Of a stretch of DNA of 64,000 bases, positions 1 to 13,720 are shown one piece after another. The stretch comes from the human T2T-CHM13v2.0 reference genome, Homo sapiens. The stretch lies in the NCBI RefSeq assembly GCF_009914755.1, contig NC_060931.1; one strand, written 5' to 3'. A model generated the notes under the pieces. The model worked only from the letters and a program-made list of their open reading frames with translations, ran no database searches and was not told where the DNA came from. The position numbers were made by a program, and so were the translations under genes. Each line of letters begins with the position of its first letter. The stretch's first letter is position 1.

Positions 1-808
1 AAGCAGAAGGCAGAAGTGAAGCAGAAGGCATCAGATTGTTCCTCTGGCAAGTGGGCTTTTGCAGATGTGCCATTTTACAGTGGCTTCCACTTGTTTTCCT
101 TGACAACTTCCTTGAATGACTGACCCAGCCCCAATGTGCCTATCTCCTGTGAAAAATAAACCATCAGATTGGGACTGGTTTGAGTTTCCATTACATGCAA
201 TTAAACATAATCCTGATAAAATCTGCATAAAAGAGATGACAGCTAGTTTTCATTTTCTGAGAAAATTACGCATGCAAACACATCTGTAGAGACTAATGTT
301 TTCTAGAACTAAAAACTGAGCCATAATATAGCATTGATCCTTTTTTGAGCGGGGGATGTTAGGCAATCCGGTGGATAATGGCTAAAGTATTAAGCTCCAT
401 TTGTGTCAAAGATACTGAATCATTGAAAATGAAAACTCATGTAATGATCCTTGTATAATGGTTGAAGGTTTATTATCAAAGGATAATTCAGGGATGGCAT
501 TTATCCAGGTAGGTGAGATAATAGAATTTAAATGTTTTCTGGGACAGAACTTGGAGAAACTGAAAGACCAGTTAATATATAAATTAAATATTCTGCAAAT
601 TACACTTACTTAAGTAGCATTGATTGATGTTTTGATTCAATTACCTTTTTCTATTCTGTATATTTATTATTGCTGATTAACCTGAAACTCATATGCTACA
701 GATACCAGAGAAAATGGGTACATTTTGATGTGAACATTTGAGAAGCAGAATGGCTTCAGAGTCCTGTTTTGCTGCTAACTTCCTGGGTTTTATTTTCTTC
801 TTGCTGGT

Positions 809-1194
809 TGATATGGCTTGGCAATGTGTTCTCACCCAATCGCATGTTTAATCGTGATTCCCATATGTCAGGGGAGGGACCTGGTGGGGGGATTAGATCA
901 TGGGGGCAGATTTCCTCCTTGATGTTCTCATGATAGTGAGTTCTCGCATGATCTGATGGTTTAAAAGAGTGTGGCACTTCCCCTTCCCTCTCTTTCTCCT
1001 GCCACCATGTGAAGAAGGTGCTTGCTTCCCCTTTGCCTTCTGCCACGATTGTACGTTTCCTGAGGTCTCCCAATCCATGCTTCCCATTAGGCCTGTTAAG
1101 CCAGTGGAAGTGTGAGTCAATGAAACCTCTTTCCTTCATAAATTTACCCAGTCTCAGGTAGTTCTTTACAGCAGTGTGAATACAGACTAATACA
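809..1194 (+). mobile_element. MaLR solo LTR (MSTA-like)
   Basis: TGATATGG...GACTAATACA termini and MST/THE1 body. Confidence 0.85.
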
Positions 1195-1370
1195 CCTGTA
1201 CTACAGAACAGATCATAAGTTCTTAGGAAACAGGACATGAATTATTCAGACACATGATGACATAACAGACGCAAGACTTATTGATGATATTTAGCATATA
1301 AAAATCTACACCAAGCAGGGACACACAGGGCAAAGGGAGACTGTAGTCTCATTACTGAGATTTTTGAGGT

Positions 1371-1595
1371 GGCATAATGCAGGGATTTAACAGTATGCAT
1401 TCTGAAATCAGATTTCATGGGCTCAAATCCCGGCTCCAAAATATAAGAGTAATTGAGGCAAGTTAGGAAGCTCATCTGAGCCTCAGATCCCTTATCTGTA
1501 AAATGAGGATGATTTTCTTGTCAACAATTTTTCATGAGGACTAAATAAATATAAGCGCCTTGCACGTAGTAAATATATGTTTACTATTATTACTA
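1371..1595 (+). mobile_element. MIR SINE
   Basis: core ctgagcctcag...tctgtaaaatgaggat. Confidence 0.7.
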
Positions 1596-2035
1596 TGTCA
1601 CTCCATTTAATTGCTGGAATGGAACCTATTATTTTAACAATGCTGAAGATTCTGGGAAATCAATACAGATTTATGGCCTTCTTGAAAGGAGTGTTTCATG
1701 CAGTAAACTTCATTCAAAGCTATTACAGGAAATAATAAAACTCCAGTAATTATAATCATAAGCTCCCTTGGCTTAAAATGCATCTGTACATCATGGAGTC
1801 ACATGTAAAAATGGAGCCATAGGCTAATTCCTTGAAGTGCTGATTAAGAAACAATCAGATACCAAAATAATTTTAATGATGAGATGATTTTAATTTGCAG
1901 ATAAAGAACATTACTGAAAAGCTCTATTAACAAACACTTGCATAGCCAGATGTGCTTCGTTTTTCCTTTTAAAGAGAAATTTTGACATAAACACACATTC
2001 AACTCATTGACATGTATTCTTTTCTTATGGCTGCC

Positions 2036-2402
2036 TGATATGGTTCGGCTGTGTCCCCATCCAAATCTCATCTTGAATTGTAATAATCCCCACGTGTCAA
2101 GTGCGGGACCAGGTGGAAATAATTGAATCATGGTGACGGTTTCCCCCATGCTGTTCTCATGCTAGTGAGTGAGTTCTCACGAGATCTGATGGTTTTATAA
2201 GTGTCTGGTATTTCCCCTGCTTGTACTTCTCCTTCCTGCTGCCCTGTGAAAAAGGATGTGTTTGCTTCCCTTCCGCCATGATTTTAAGTTTCCTTAGGCC
2301 TCCTCAGCCATGCGGAACAGTGGGTCAGTTAAACCTCTTTCCTTTATAAATTACCCAAGATTGGGTATCTCTTTATTAGCAGCATGAGAATGAATTAATG
2401 CA
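2036..2402 (+). mobile_element. MaLR solo LTR (THE1D-like)
   Basis: TGATATGGTTCGGCTGTGTCCCC start and ...TAATGCA end. Confidence 0.85.
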
Positions 2403-3465
2403 TTGCTCGAATGCTGAATGTAAGACGGGGACAAAGAAATTGGATCTTTGCTGACACCCACCTATGTGCTTGGAGCCTTTATTAATGAGGGACATCTCAG
2501 CCTGAGATACCACTGCATTGTCTGCAATTGTGTTTTGCTGCTAGCACCAGAATCACAGAGTTCTGTGTAGAAGTCTCCTCCAGTAACGAGATGATGCAAT
2601 TTGCTAAAGAGTTGACCTAAACCATAATTTAGTCCCCCAGAAGGTTCTTTACCTTTTTGTAGGCTTGTGGTTCGTAACATCTTAGAGTTCAACACACTCT
2701 AAGGCCCAAATGACTTGAGAGTGAAAGGGCTTCAGAAGCAGTGAGACCATTCCTGCGTGTAATGACAGGCCCAGGGCTGTTTAAGAACATCCAGCCCTGT
2801 CCTGATAAAACAGTAATGCCATTTTTAAAGAGATGAATTTTAACTATGCTATATTTAGTGCAAAATTTCTCATTTGTTTTTCTTTTTGTGTTCTGTACCT
2901 GGGGGCTACTGCATAACATGATTAAAAGTAGGCTGGGTGAGGTAAACTGCTTTGAAGAGTTACTTTCCAGCTGAGGTTTATTTAAAAGCAACATATCAAA
3001 GACAAAGAGAGCTGGTCACTGCAGCTGACAAAAGTCAGTGTATTTCTATCAAGGCAAAGAGGTTTTGAGAGATTTGCTATAGAATGTACTGCCACAAACC
3101 TCTAAAACTTCCAAAAGTAGGCTGATCCTCTGTAAACTAATTTCTGGCGCAGAAACCAGCCTGAGAAGTGGTTTATTACTGATCCAGCTGCGAGGCATTA
3201 GGAAGAGAGATTGCTGACAATCGTTTGTAGTAAAATATGCCACCACCACTATACAAGGTAAAAATTGGAGAGCTTTTGAAACTGCACACAGGCACTTCAA
3301 AGGTAATGGTGATTGGAAACACCTGCAAGAAATTTATCACTTTTATTAAGAAACAATGATGGTACAATTCAAGATAAACCCCAGATGTCTGATGAGTTGT
3401 TTCAGAAGGTAAAAAATAGCTCTCTATAATAATGGCAAAAAGACTCATTCAGTTTGGCAAAACAT

Positions 3466-3471
3466 TTTATT
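3466..3471 (-). terminator. Probable distal polyadenylation signal AATAAA
   Basis: tttatt on +; followed on - by the U-rich GAGTCTTTTTG after about 20 nt. Confidence 0.65.
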
Positions 3472-4530
3472 CACAAAATCTCCCATTCCTCCTTAACTCT
3501 CTGCTCAAATAACTCTTAAGGCTGGAAGCCGATGTTTGATATTTACACAGCTCAAAATCTGAATACCCACTAATGTCTTGTAGCTGTTCTACGTACTCTC
3601 AGCTTTCTACTCCCTCCTCCCCCATCTTTGTTCTTAAAACCTAATGGTAATACTGTATGAAGAGCTCAGACGGGATGAATAAAATCCCCGCCGTCCCTCC
3701 CCACCACATAATTTGTTAGGAAATCCTACTTCTAAAATCATCATCTTTTTTTGGAGAATGAGGCCATTCTCTGGAATGAAAGCAACTGGCACAGAAATGA
3801 CTGGCAATCGCAAGTGATACACAAAGGCATTTTTATTGCGCCGGGGAATAACCACTACTGCTCTCTTTGGTTCACAAGAGTCGTCTATGCATTTCAAAAG
3901 ATATCAGTAAGTCAATGTGCCAAAGAAATTATTACAACTTCTTTCTTAGAAAGTATCAGTATTTCTGCTTTTCTTTTTTCACGTATCTCTGGCTCCCTTG
4001 CAACTTGCCTCACTTGATTAAAATTGACAAATTTTGGTAGGACGGTTACCAATTTAAGTAGGTAAGGCTCAGGGGAGGTGTCTCAGTATGATACTGAGAT
4101 CAGACCAACAGACAGTGATCTCCAGGCATCAGCTTCAGCTGCTACAAGCTAACTGTACCAACTATGGAGATGTAAGGGTGGGGCTGGTCACCCCAAGCAG
4201 CCTACTTCAAAAACTTTTAAGAATCTTTAATGTTCTATTAGGGATCTTCTTGCACTTTCTTCCTGAGCATCAAATATGTAAGGTGCTAACTACATAATAC
4301 TCTTCCCTTCTACCACCAGGCAATCCAGAGCCAAAAGTGAGGTAGCAGGCTGCACACTGAGCAATCTCTGGTGTACCTCCTCCCAATAGTCGTTCTTCCT
4401 TCTCTTGCTTGGAATGTTAAAAATGTTTCCCCTTATTTGCTTTCTTGCCAGCCCGCTGATGAGGAGTGGGAACAGGTATCACGAACCCTCAGGTTTTCCA
4501 GAAACTTGAGGGAAGAAGAGATCTTGGCAA

Positions 4531-4615
4531 GCATTCATTTATTCACGTAACATAAGCCAGACACTATGCCAGGGGCTGGCGATACAGAAATGAGTAAGAC
4601 ATGATCCCTGGCCCC
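4531..4615 (-). mobile_element. L2 3' end fragment in the 3' UTR
   Basis: cattcatttattca...ccagacactatgccaggggctggcgatacag. Confidence 0.55.
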
Positions 4616-5212
4616 TCCCATCCCTGGAATGTCTACTAGGAAGAAGCTGCTAGAAAAAGACAACATGCTACTTTAAAGCCAAGAGGGGCCAGTCTCCCAT
4701 TCCAGCTTGGTACACACTGAACACATTTGAGGCTTATGACTGGTTCTTTTACTTACAAATATTGTTTAGACACATTTTCAAATGTCACACCAATCAATAA
4801 TAATAAGGAATGGATTTTATCTATATTGACAGTTCTTTCAACCTTAAGAGTGAACTGCTACAGGTAAGATTCAATCACATTTTTCAGGAGAAAGCTATTG
4901 AGACCAATATGCTTTGGTTATCTAATAAGGGTGGAATGACTTATAATGCTATTTACTCCAGGCAAAGAGAAAATACAACAGACATAGGATCTTGATTTCA
5001 ACGTAGTTCTCCTCCATGTGCATTTCTCTGTCCGTTTAGGTCAATGCCAACTGGTCCACCAGTGAACATGTCCACCGGCCCTGAGCTAACTCATTGGTTT
5101 ATTATTCCTGACCTAAGGTGTTTTACTTCCCCTCTCCATAGGTATCTGGCACTGTTGAGTGAAGCCAGTTAATGGGAAGGTAAAAATAGCAAAATAAGAG
5201 AGTATTGTTTCC

Positions 5213-5276
5213 CAAATAGAGAAGGGAATGGTGGTAGAGATTCTCAAATAGAGAAGGGAATGGTGGTAGAGATTCT
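5213..5276. repeat. Perfect 32-bp tandem duplication
   Basis: CAAATAGAGAAGGGAATGGTGGTAGAGATTCT twice. Confidence 0.95.
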
Positions 5277-7244
5277 CAGCCTCCATTTTGAGCTGTAACA
5301 GAATAAACAAACATTTCTACATTAACCCTTCACATTCATCGTCATCTACAGATATGGCATTCACACATTCTGCCAGATATTCTCACTATTATAAATGTAC
5401 CCCCCAATATCAATGCTTGTAAGAATGTATAACAAAATACACGCTGTGCAGATATAAATACTCTGTAAAAATCCACAAAAACATCCAGGGGCCCCAAAGA
5501 AGAGAGGCATAAACAGATACAAGATGATAAGTCTTTCTTAGCAGAAAACGCTGCAAGTGAAGAAACTGGAGTGAAGAAAGTGGGGGAAGGAGTTCCGAAG
5601 TGAAACAGAGGAAAGCTGCTCAGGAGATGACTGCGGGATATTTATTAGAATCCTTGAAAAACATCACGCCATCTTTCCAGAAGAAGAGAAGAGGTTTACT
5701 CTGGGTGGCACAGACCAATTCAGCTTTCATGGTCTTCCTCCGTAGCACTGACCAAATCAAAATACTGCAGCGTTTCACTGTGGTTAACAGGATGGAAAGG
5801 AGGAAAAAACTAAAAACAAAGTATTTGGATTTGTCTAAATACTTTAGAACTTGATATAAATGTATCAAGTACATTACAGTTGTTTTAGTTGGACGAAAAA
5901 GAAAACAAAGAATCAAAAATAAATTACTAATAAACATGAAAAAGATAACATGTTTCTAATATGACAATAGAGTTTTGGCCAAAGATATGTAGACATTAAG
6001 CTAATACAATTCAAATATCCACCATCTTCAGTTACCTTATCTGTTACACTGTCAAGTTGTTCAGCAGGCACACAGGTGCACACACACACACTGTATTTTC
6101 TGGCTAGTGTCCTTTGCTATTTGATTTTTGCTCTAGCATAGAGTTTTGGATGTCTTAAAAACTAAACTCTTTGTAAACAAACAGTATCTTCATCTCTGAA
6201 GCATAAAATTACATGGTCTTGACCCAGAGAAAGAGGAGAGACATTTAATAGACATTTCTCTTCCAGTTAAGTAGGAGTCTGATCTTCTACAAAATAGTTT
6301 ATTTGTCTTTTTAATAAAGGTTGAAAAAATGTCCACCCTGGATTAAAAAATCAGTTAACCAAGGGGAACGTATTTTTTTTTTAAAGAGTAGTTTTAAAAA
6401 GTATTAACTGGTGTCCATTAGACATATTTCCTTATATTCAGCTACTAGAGAAAAAACAGTTCCCAGGGAATTTGGGGCTTTCTGCTTCTATATGTGGTCA
6501 TCTTGTGCGAGTGTTCTAATCTAATCTATTCCCTGCCCATACATAGCCTCCTATTCATAAGACTGGCTGAGGTATTCACGCTGAGATGAATACACATGCT
6601 CTAAGACCAGACGCGAAAACCTAATGGGCCCAAGTACTGTCTGTGAACATCAACACATACCCAATGATGAAAACTTGTAATGTTTTCATCAACATAAAAT
6701 GGGTGACATTATGTATGTGAGGCTGCATCCTATTAAGAGTTCAGAGACTCCAGATCCATAGCAATGAAGTCGCCTCTAGGGACAGGTTCTTCTATTAAGT
6801 GGTAAGAAAAAAGTAGCTTTTGTTGCTTTTAAAAGGTTATTTAACACTTGGATATTTCTAGCACCGTCAATTCTGAGGAACTCTACATATTTCAAAGCAA
6901 GTGGCTTTTGATCCTATGAATAGGTTCACTTCTAATTCAGCATCCTTCAGAAGAGCCCATTACTGGCTCTAGAAAGCTGTCAATGTCCAGAGCAACACAT
7001 TATTACTCTGTAAACTCAGTGATTTAGGTGGAGAAATAATATCCACATTTTAAGTAACAAAAACCCGAGGCAGCTTAAATGACTTCTCCAAGCGACCTGG
7101 TGACTCTAGGACATTTATCTCCACTGCTGTTGCTCAAATCCATCAGAGAATAGCTCTGGACAGTGGAATAAACATACCACACCATGGAATGAGCCCAGGA
7201 GACCTGCAGAGCCACGTCTCAGTTTAAGAACACAATGTGTGCAC

Positions 7245-7255
7245 CACACACACAC

Positions 7256-7286
<31 letters not shown>
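7245..7286. repeat. (CA)n microsatellite, read as (UG)n in the mRNA
   Basis: interrupted CA run. Confidence 0.95.
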
Positions 7287-7914
7287 GTCTTTGTCTATAG
7301 GCAAACAGAGAAGTGGCCGGTGAGTTCAGCTGCTTACAGAGGAGCATGTACTGGTATGTAAGGTTCCAGCTAAGTAAAGAAAAGGGATGTGAAAGTGCAG
7401 CCACTTCCGTGCCCTTTGATCACACACAGACTACACAAGAGCACACACAAGCTACGCATATTACAGCAACAGCGTTCCTCCTATTCAAGATTGTCCAGTG
7501 AAAGGAAAACTGGACCTCTGAAATGATTAGCAAAGACAGGCATGTTTCCACACACAATAAAGCACATCCAACCATCCTCAATACCCATCGAGAATGCTAA
7601 GATACCTCATAGGACAATAACAACTTTCAATTGTCGTTGAGGTTTGACCTGATTTACACATCACACACTATATATCTCCATCTATGCATTCCCTTGATGG
7701 GTCGTGACTCTTATCAGAGTCATCGGGCAGAGGGGAATCTCCTGGTGGTGAAGCCTTATCCTCCCACTTGAGACCCACCCTTCTGCCCCGTGAGTGCCCG
7801 GCTGGGCCAACAGGGACAGCCATGGCTCTTGCGGTGCTGAGCAGGGCCATCCTGCCGTCACCACTGTGGCCTAGGCAATGGGCTTCAGGGGTGTCCAGTC
7901 CATAACAACCTTTC

Positions 7915-8230
<316 letters not shown>

Positions 8231-8954
8231 TGAACACTGTGTCTGCTGTGAGATATGCTGCAGGGCCGCCCTAATCACAGAAAGCAATGGATAGAAGCAT
8301 CTGACTTTTGCATAGAAAAAAAAAAAAGCAAAATGTGGGAAAGAGGAGTCCCACTAGTCTTGCTGCACTGTCACTGGGAATCAGCTCAGGGGAACATCTC
8401 TTTCCTTCCCAAAACGCTGGAGGAAGTCCAGCCCTGCTGTTACTGGTGTCTCGGTTTACTTGGCCACTCCTGGTGATAGTGGTGCCTGCAGCGTCTGACT
8501 GACTGTGAGGTGCTGCTGAAGAAGGAAAAGGTGATGGGAGACAAAAGGGATAAGGTCACAGGATGACAATGACTGCTGTAGCAGAGATGCATTAGAACAG
8601 CAAGAGAAGGGACAATCTTTTCCAAGACCATGGATAGTAAGCCTTTTGTTCAGGAGACTCAGAATTCAGAAAACAAGAATAATACTGAATATGTCGGTAA
8701 ACAAAACAGAAATAAATGAATGGGCTGTTCAATAGTCTAGAACTGTTCTTTTTTCTATTTTAGGGCTGAGGGGTTTCTATTTAGTCTACATGTGTCAGTC
8801 TGAGCAACGTGAGAAGTCCCCTCCTGAAGATTTCCTTTTGCACGGCTGGCTCAGCACTGCGGGTAGCTCGGCATTAACAAAAGCGAAACGGTGGTCAGAC
8901 CTTCACAGGGTCCCTCCCTCATGACGACACTGGTCTACGTACTCCAGGCAGGCC

Positions 8955-9201
8955 TCAGTTCTTCTTGCTGTCCTTCTGAGGCTCACTTTTTGTGGTCCCT
9001 AGGTTGTTCCACACCTCTGTGTACATTAAGGTCCCAATGAAGACAAACAAGGTGCCCAGCCAGTGCCACAGGGTGAAGGGGTTCTGGAAGTACAAGATGG
9101 AAAAGATGAGGCTCACAAATTTGCGTAGGGTCACGACGAGCGTGACGGTGAGGGAGGCGCATTCCGTGGTGAGGATAAACACACCCCGGATGCACACGTA
9201 C
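8955..9201 (-). CDS. SLC35B4: SLC35B4 exon 10, coding part (YVCIRGVFILTTEC...KSEPQKDSKKN*)
   Basis: ctccAG acceptor, TGA at 8955-8957; total CDS 996 nt = 331 aa plus stop; lysine-rich C-terminus of ER-retrieval type. Confidence 0.97.
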
Positions 9202-9715
9202 CTGGAGGAGTGGAGTCAAGGTAGTTTTCTGTAGACTGTACTTGGGGGATCAGTGAGAGAACCTTCTGGCATGGTCCCTGGTTTAACTTCTCATATTCTA
9301 AGAAAACATGAAGGTCCGCTACGGCAGCTCTGAGGCTCCTCCTGGGGAGAACCTGCAGAACAACTCCTGTCCTGCCATTCCATTTATGGGTACCAATTTG
9401 AAACCGCCAAAAAACCCCCAATTATTCTTATGTTGGAGTCTTCCTATGGTTACAATGACAGGCACCTCCAAGATAATGACAGAGGGTGACGCTCTCGGTA
9501 AGGGTGATCCCATTCACCTTTATTTATCTTGCCTCCAGCCCTTCTATCCCCTCCTCCAGAAAGGGACTCTGGCAAATCTAGGAGCTGACTTCAGAGGAAT
9601 GAGGTCAATCTCGATTCGTTTCACTATTTCAAAGACATAATTATTTTTATAATGAAAGTAAGGTCATTCGAAATAACCATTTTAAAAAACGAAAACTTGA
9701 TTACTTTGAAATTTC

Positions 9716-9842
9716 TTTTTTTTTTTGAGACAGGGTCTTGTTCTGTTACTCAAGCTAGAGTGCAGTGGAGTGATCAAGCTCACTGCAGCCTCGATCTCCT
9801 GGGCTTGAGCGATCCTCCCACCTCAGCCTCCTAAGTAGCTGG
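9716..9842 (-). mobile_element. 5'-truncated AluJ-like fragment
   Basis: right-arm sequence, TSD TTTGAAATTTCTTT. Confidence 0.85.
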
Positions 9843-9900
9843 TAATTTGAAATTTCTTTCAGGACTTTGCAGCAGCTTGTGATCACTGGAAATATCTTAG

Positions 9901-10249
<349 letters not shown>

Positions 10250-10512
10250 ACTATCAATCAATGGACTCCTACACTTCCACTCAGAGCACTTCCTCCTGCT
10301 GCCCTGTGCCTTACTGACCTACTACACCACTAGCATCTCTTCTGCCCTCTACAAGGAGTTCCCTGAATCGGTCTCTGTCTCCAGCTTACCACAGAATAAA
10401 TCCAGCGAAAATCATATTCAAGTCAACACACTGTTAGAAGAAAAGAATGACCATTCCTGTGCCAAAAGAACCTGATGATGACATAAGGGTGACGGCACAG
10501 TCCAAAGGATAC

Positions 10513-10588
10513 TGAGTGATGATGTTCATGAGGAGGTAGAACCACATGATGGGCAGGGTCACTCCGATGACGGGAATTTCATATAACT
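10513..10588 (-). CDS. SLC35B4: SLC35B4 exon 9 (ELYEIPVIGVTLPIMWFYLLMNIITQ)
   Basis: ctacAG acceptor, CA|GTATCCTTT U12-type donor, 76 nt; peptide is visible in ORF 10434..10721. Confidence 0.96.
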
Positions 10589-10980
10589 CTGTAGAGATTA
10601 CAAGAGGATATAGCCATATTGCTTTTTCACAGCTGAATTTTTCATCTTTTGAACAGGGTAATACAGACTGAACATAATAGGAACAGCAACATTGTCTTCC
10701 TTGCAAATAGAATTGGATCACGCATCACTTTACTTGCCTTGACTCCAGTCTATAGCAGCCACTAAAGTCATTAAATTGGTTTCTTAAAACAAATAATAGT
10801 TTTAATTTTTAAGGAAGTGTTTTACCATTTGCCTGAATAGTACCTCACTTTACAAAGAAAGACTGTGAAGCACAGAAAAGTTGAAAATGATAAAATGATA
10901 TAGACAGCCTTAACAACTCAACACAAGAGGAAAGGCGGCTAGCAACTACTGTTTGGAAGTATGTTCAATCACACTAGTAA

Positions 10981-11342
<362 letters not shown>

Positions 11343-11875
11343 AATTCAAAATGTATAAATAATATCTTAATCTGGCAAGTTGGTAATGGAACTGGCAGCC
11401 ACAGGTTGGTGGCAGTATAACTTGGCGTCATTCTTTAAAAAAATCAATTTCATAATCCTTATTAAGGGTCTATAAAAGTATTCCTACCCATCCTTCAGAA
11501 TTAATCCTAGTTTAATTCAAAGGAAGAAAAAGGTTCTGCACTCATTAAAGTACTATACATAATAAAGAATAACTCTGAATCAAAATCAAATGCCCAATGA
11601 TGGTGCAATGGCTACATAAACAAAGGCACTTTCATTAGAGGAGGCATTGTACATTTGATAAAAACAAAAATCATAGAGATTTTATAGCCACATAAAAAAA
11701 ACTCAGAAAAAAAGTAAAAAACAAATATAAAATTATATCCACACAAGGATTACAGCTATGTAAGAATCTCTGTAAACAGACATGGTCTAGAAGAAAATCA
11801 ATAAAAATAAAATTGGCAGATGTCCAGGTTGATGGAACTGTGAATAACTTTAAATATATTCTTACATTAGTTTTA

Positions 11876-12005
11876 GGCCAGGAGTAGTGGCTCACGCCTG
11901 TAATCCTAGCACTTTGGGAGGCCAAGGCAGGAGGATCCCTTGGGCCCAGGAGCTCGAGACCAATCTACCATTCTGGGCAACAGGGAGGTCCTGTCTCTAT
12001 TAAAA
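11876..12005 (+). mobile_element. FLAM/Alu monomer
   Basis: ggccaggagtagtggctcacgcctgtaatcc...ctgtctctattaaaa. Confidence 0.85.
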
Positions 12006-13644
12006 GACACATACACACACACACTCTCACTCTTATGTTAGCTTTATATAATGACACTTGCACAGTAAATTTGTGGGAGGAAATAAGATGAAAGAGAATA
12101 CAGACATAGAAATCCTCAATGGCTCAGTTTTTTTGTATTACTAAATTTTTTTCAGGTTTTGAATTATACAGCATAATTTAAGAAATTCTGATACAATGAT
12201 GCTGAGATCTGGTAAGAAATATTAATTTTCTTTCACCAATAAAATGTCTCATATATACATACACACGCATACACATAAAGACTAATTTTTGAAACTTAGT
12301 TCTGGATCAGTGGGCAATGCCAATAATCTGGTATTCTATTATCTTTGATATCCTTAGCAAGTATTGAAATGAAAAGGAAGTTAACAAACGTGATTACTTT
12401 TTAATAACTTCAGAGATACACTGAATCTCTGAAGGAAAGAGACAATGAATATCACTTAAAATATTTTGACAGATATTTAGCTCTCTTGGAAAATTCACGG
12501 ATCTCAGAAACTTAATCTCAAGGAAAGCAAGAGAAGGAAAATGTATCTTTAACTTGGAAATGATTCTGGAGAAGTTGAAGGCAGATTCTGTAAAACATTT
12601 TATCATAAATACCTAGCCCTGTGATTTTTAGAAGCAGCATTCTAACAACTAAATCAATCACATGGAATTTGACAACATTTTTATTTCAATAGCCCTTTGC
12701 TACGTGGGACTTCTCAGAGATCTTAAAAACTGTTGTGTTAATATGAAGAAATGATTATTTGAGTAATTCAGAGCCTTACAAACTCTTACACACTACCTTC
12801 ACATTTTTTGGGGGATGGGGCAAATGGGAGAGGCAACACTATAAATGCAGAGAATAGTCATAACTTCACAACTCATGCTCAGATAGCAAACAAATGTTTA
12901 CTGAGCACCTACTGTCATTCTACAAAATGCACTTAAGCATTTGAGGTGTGTGCAACATAAAGCCTTGATTTTAAAAACGTTTATTTGTTCCTTGTGTGTT
13001 CAATGTGTCTATATTATACTCTGTTAGTAGATAATCAGATCATACAAGTGATCCCTTTCAAGTTAACTGACAATCTATAGCTAATTTATTAACTGGCCAG
13101 TTTAAAAAGTAACAGCTAACTTACACTAGACGCTTGAAACTAATTTTGCTTATTCATCTGCTGCCTGTCTCATCTGTAACTAGGAGAAAAACCTTGTCAT
13201 CATTGAGCTCCCCTCTTGCTCTGCTCCATGGCAGCTTGGGCTGGATCTGTGAGCAGCTCTGCCTTTCATGGCAGAGAAGGATAAACAGCAGTTGAGAGAG
13301 CTGGACGGCTGCCCAACTTCGCAGGGCTCCAGTCTCTGCAGTGTGCTGTAAGTATTCATTTGCATTCTCAAAACATCAAACATTTCACATTCAAATGCAA
13401 ACACACAAATTCCAAAGCAAAATGGAAAACTCGAAGATATTCTTTTACTTCATTTGTAAATAATTGAGAAACCCCTGTAAAAGCTTTTGCTGCTGCGATG
13501 ACTGGAAAGTGGAATGGAGACATTTTCGAAAGGAACACATGATTTGAATAGGATTATGAAAAAGGCCGAGGTCAAGTCAAGAGTAAAACTGAGACTCTGC
13601 CTCAGAAACTGTCAGGTAATTCTACTGTCTAACCCCAAACTCAC

Positions 13645-13720
13645 CAGACTTATTGAATAGAACTGCATGGTCATAAATATCAGAAGCCAAGAAGACGAAA
13701 CCCGGAAGTGGAAGGGCGTG
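13645..13720 (-). CDS. SLC35B4: SLC35B4 exon 8 (HALPLPGFVFLASDIYDHAVLFNKS)
   Basis: ccatAG acceptor, CTG|GTGAGT donor, 76 nt. Confidence 0.97.

Noticed and set aside
756-1238. 160-aa ORF, and similar ORFs at 1844-2149 and 56481-56885 that share peptide motifs
   Set aside because: These are translations of MST/THE1 LTRs; the shared peptides reflect repeat homology, not a gene family.
8983-9421. Alternative-frame and antisense ORFs overlapping exon 10
   Set aside because: Their starts are intronic or non-ATG with no supporting transcript structure; they are shadows of the real CDS.
10604-10612. ATATCCTC on - upstream of the exon-9 acceptor, resembling an AT-AC U12 donor
   Set aside because: Imperfect match located in the polypyrimidine region of U2-type intron 8, with no consistent exon structure.
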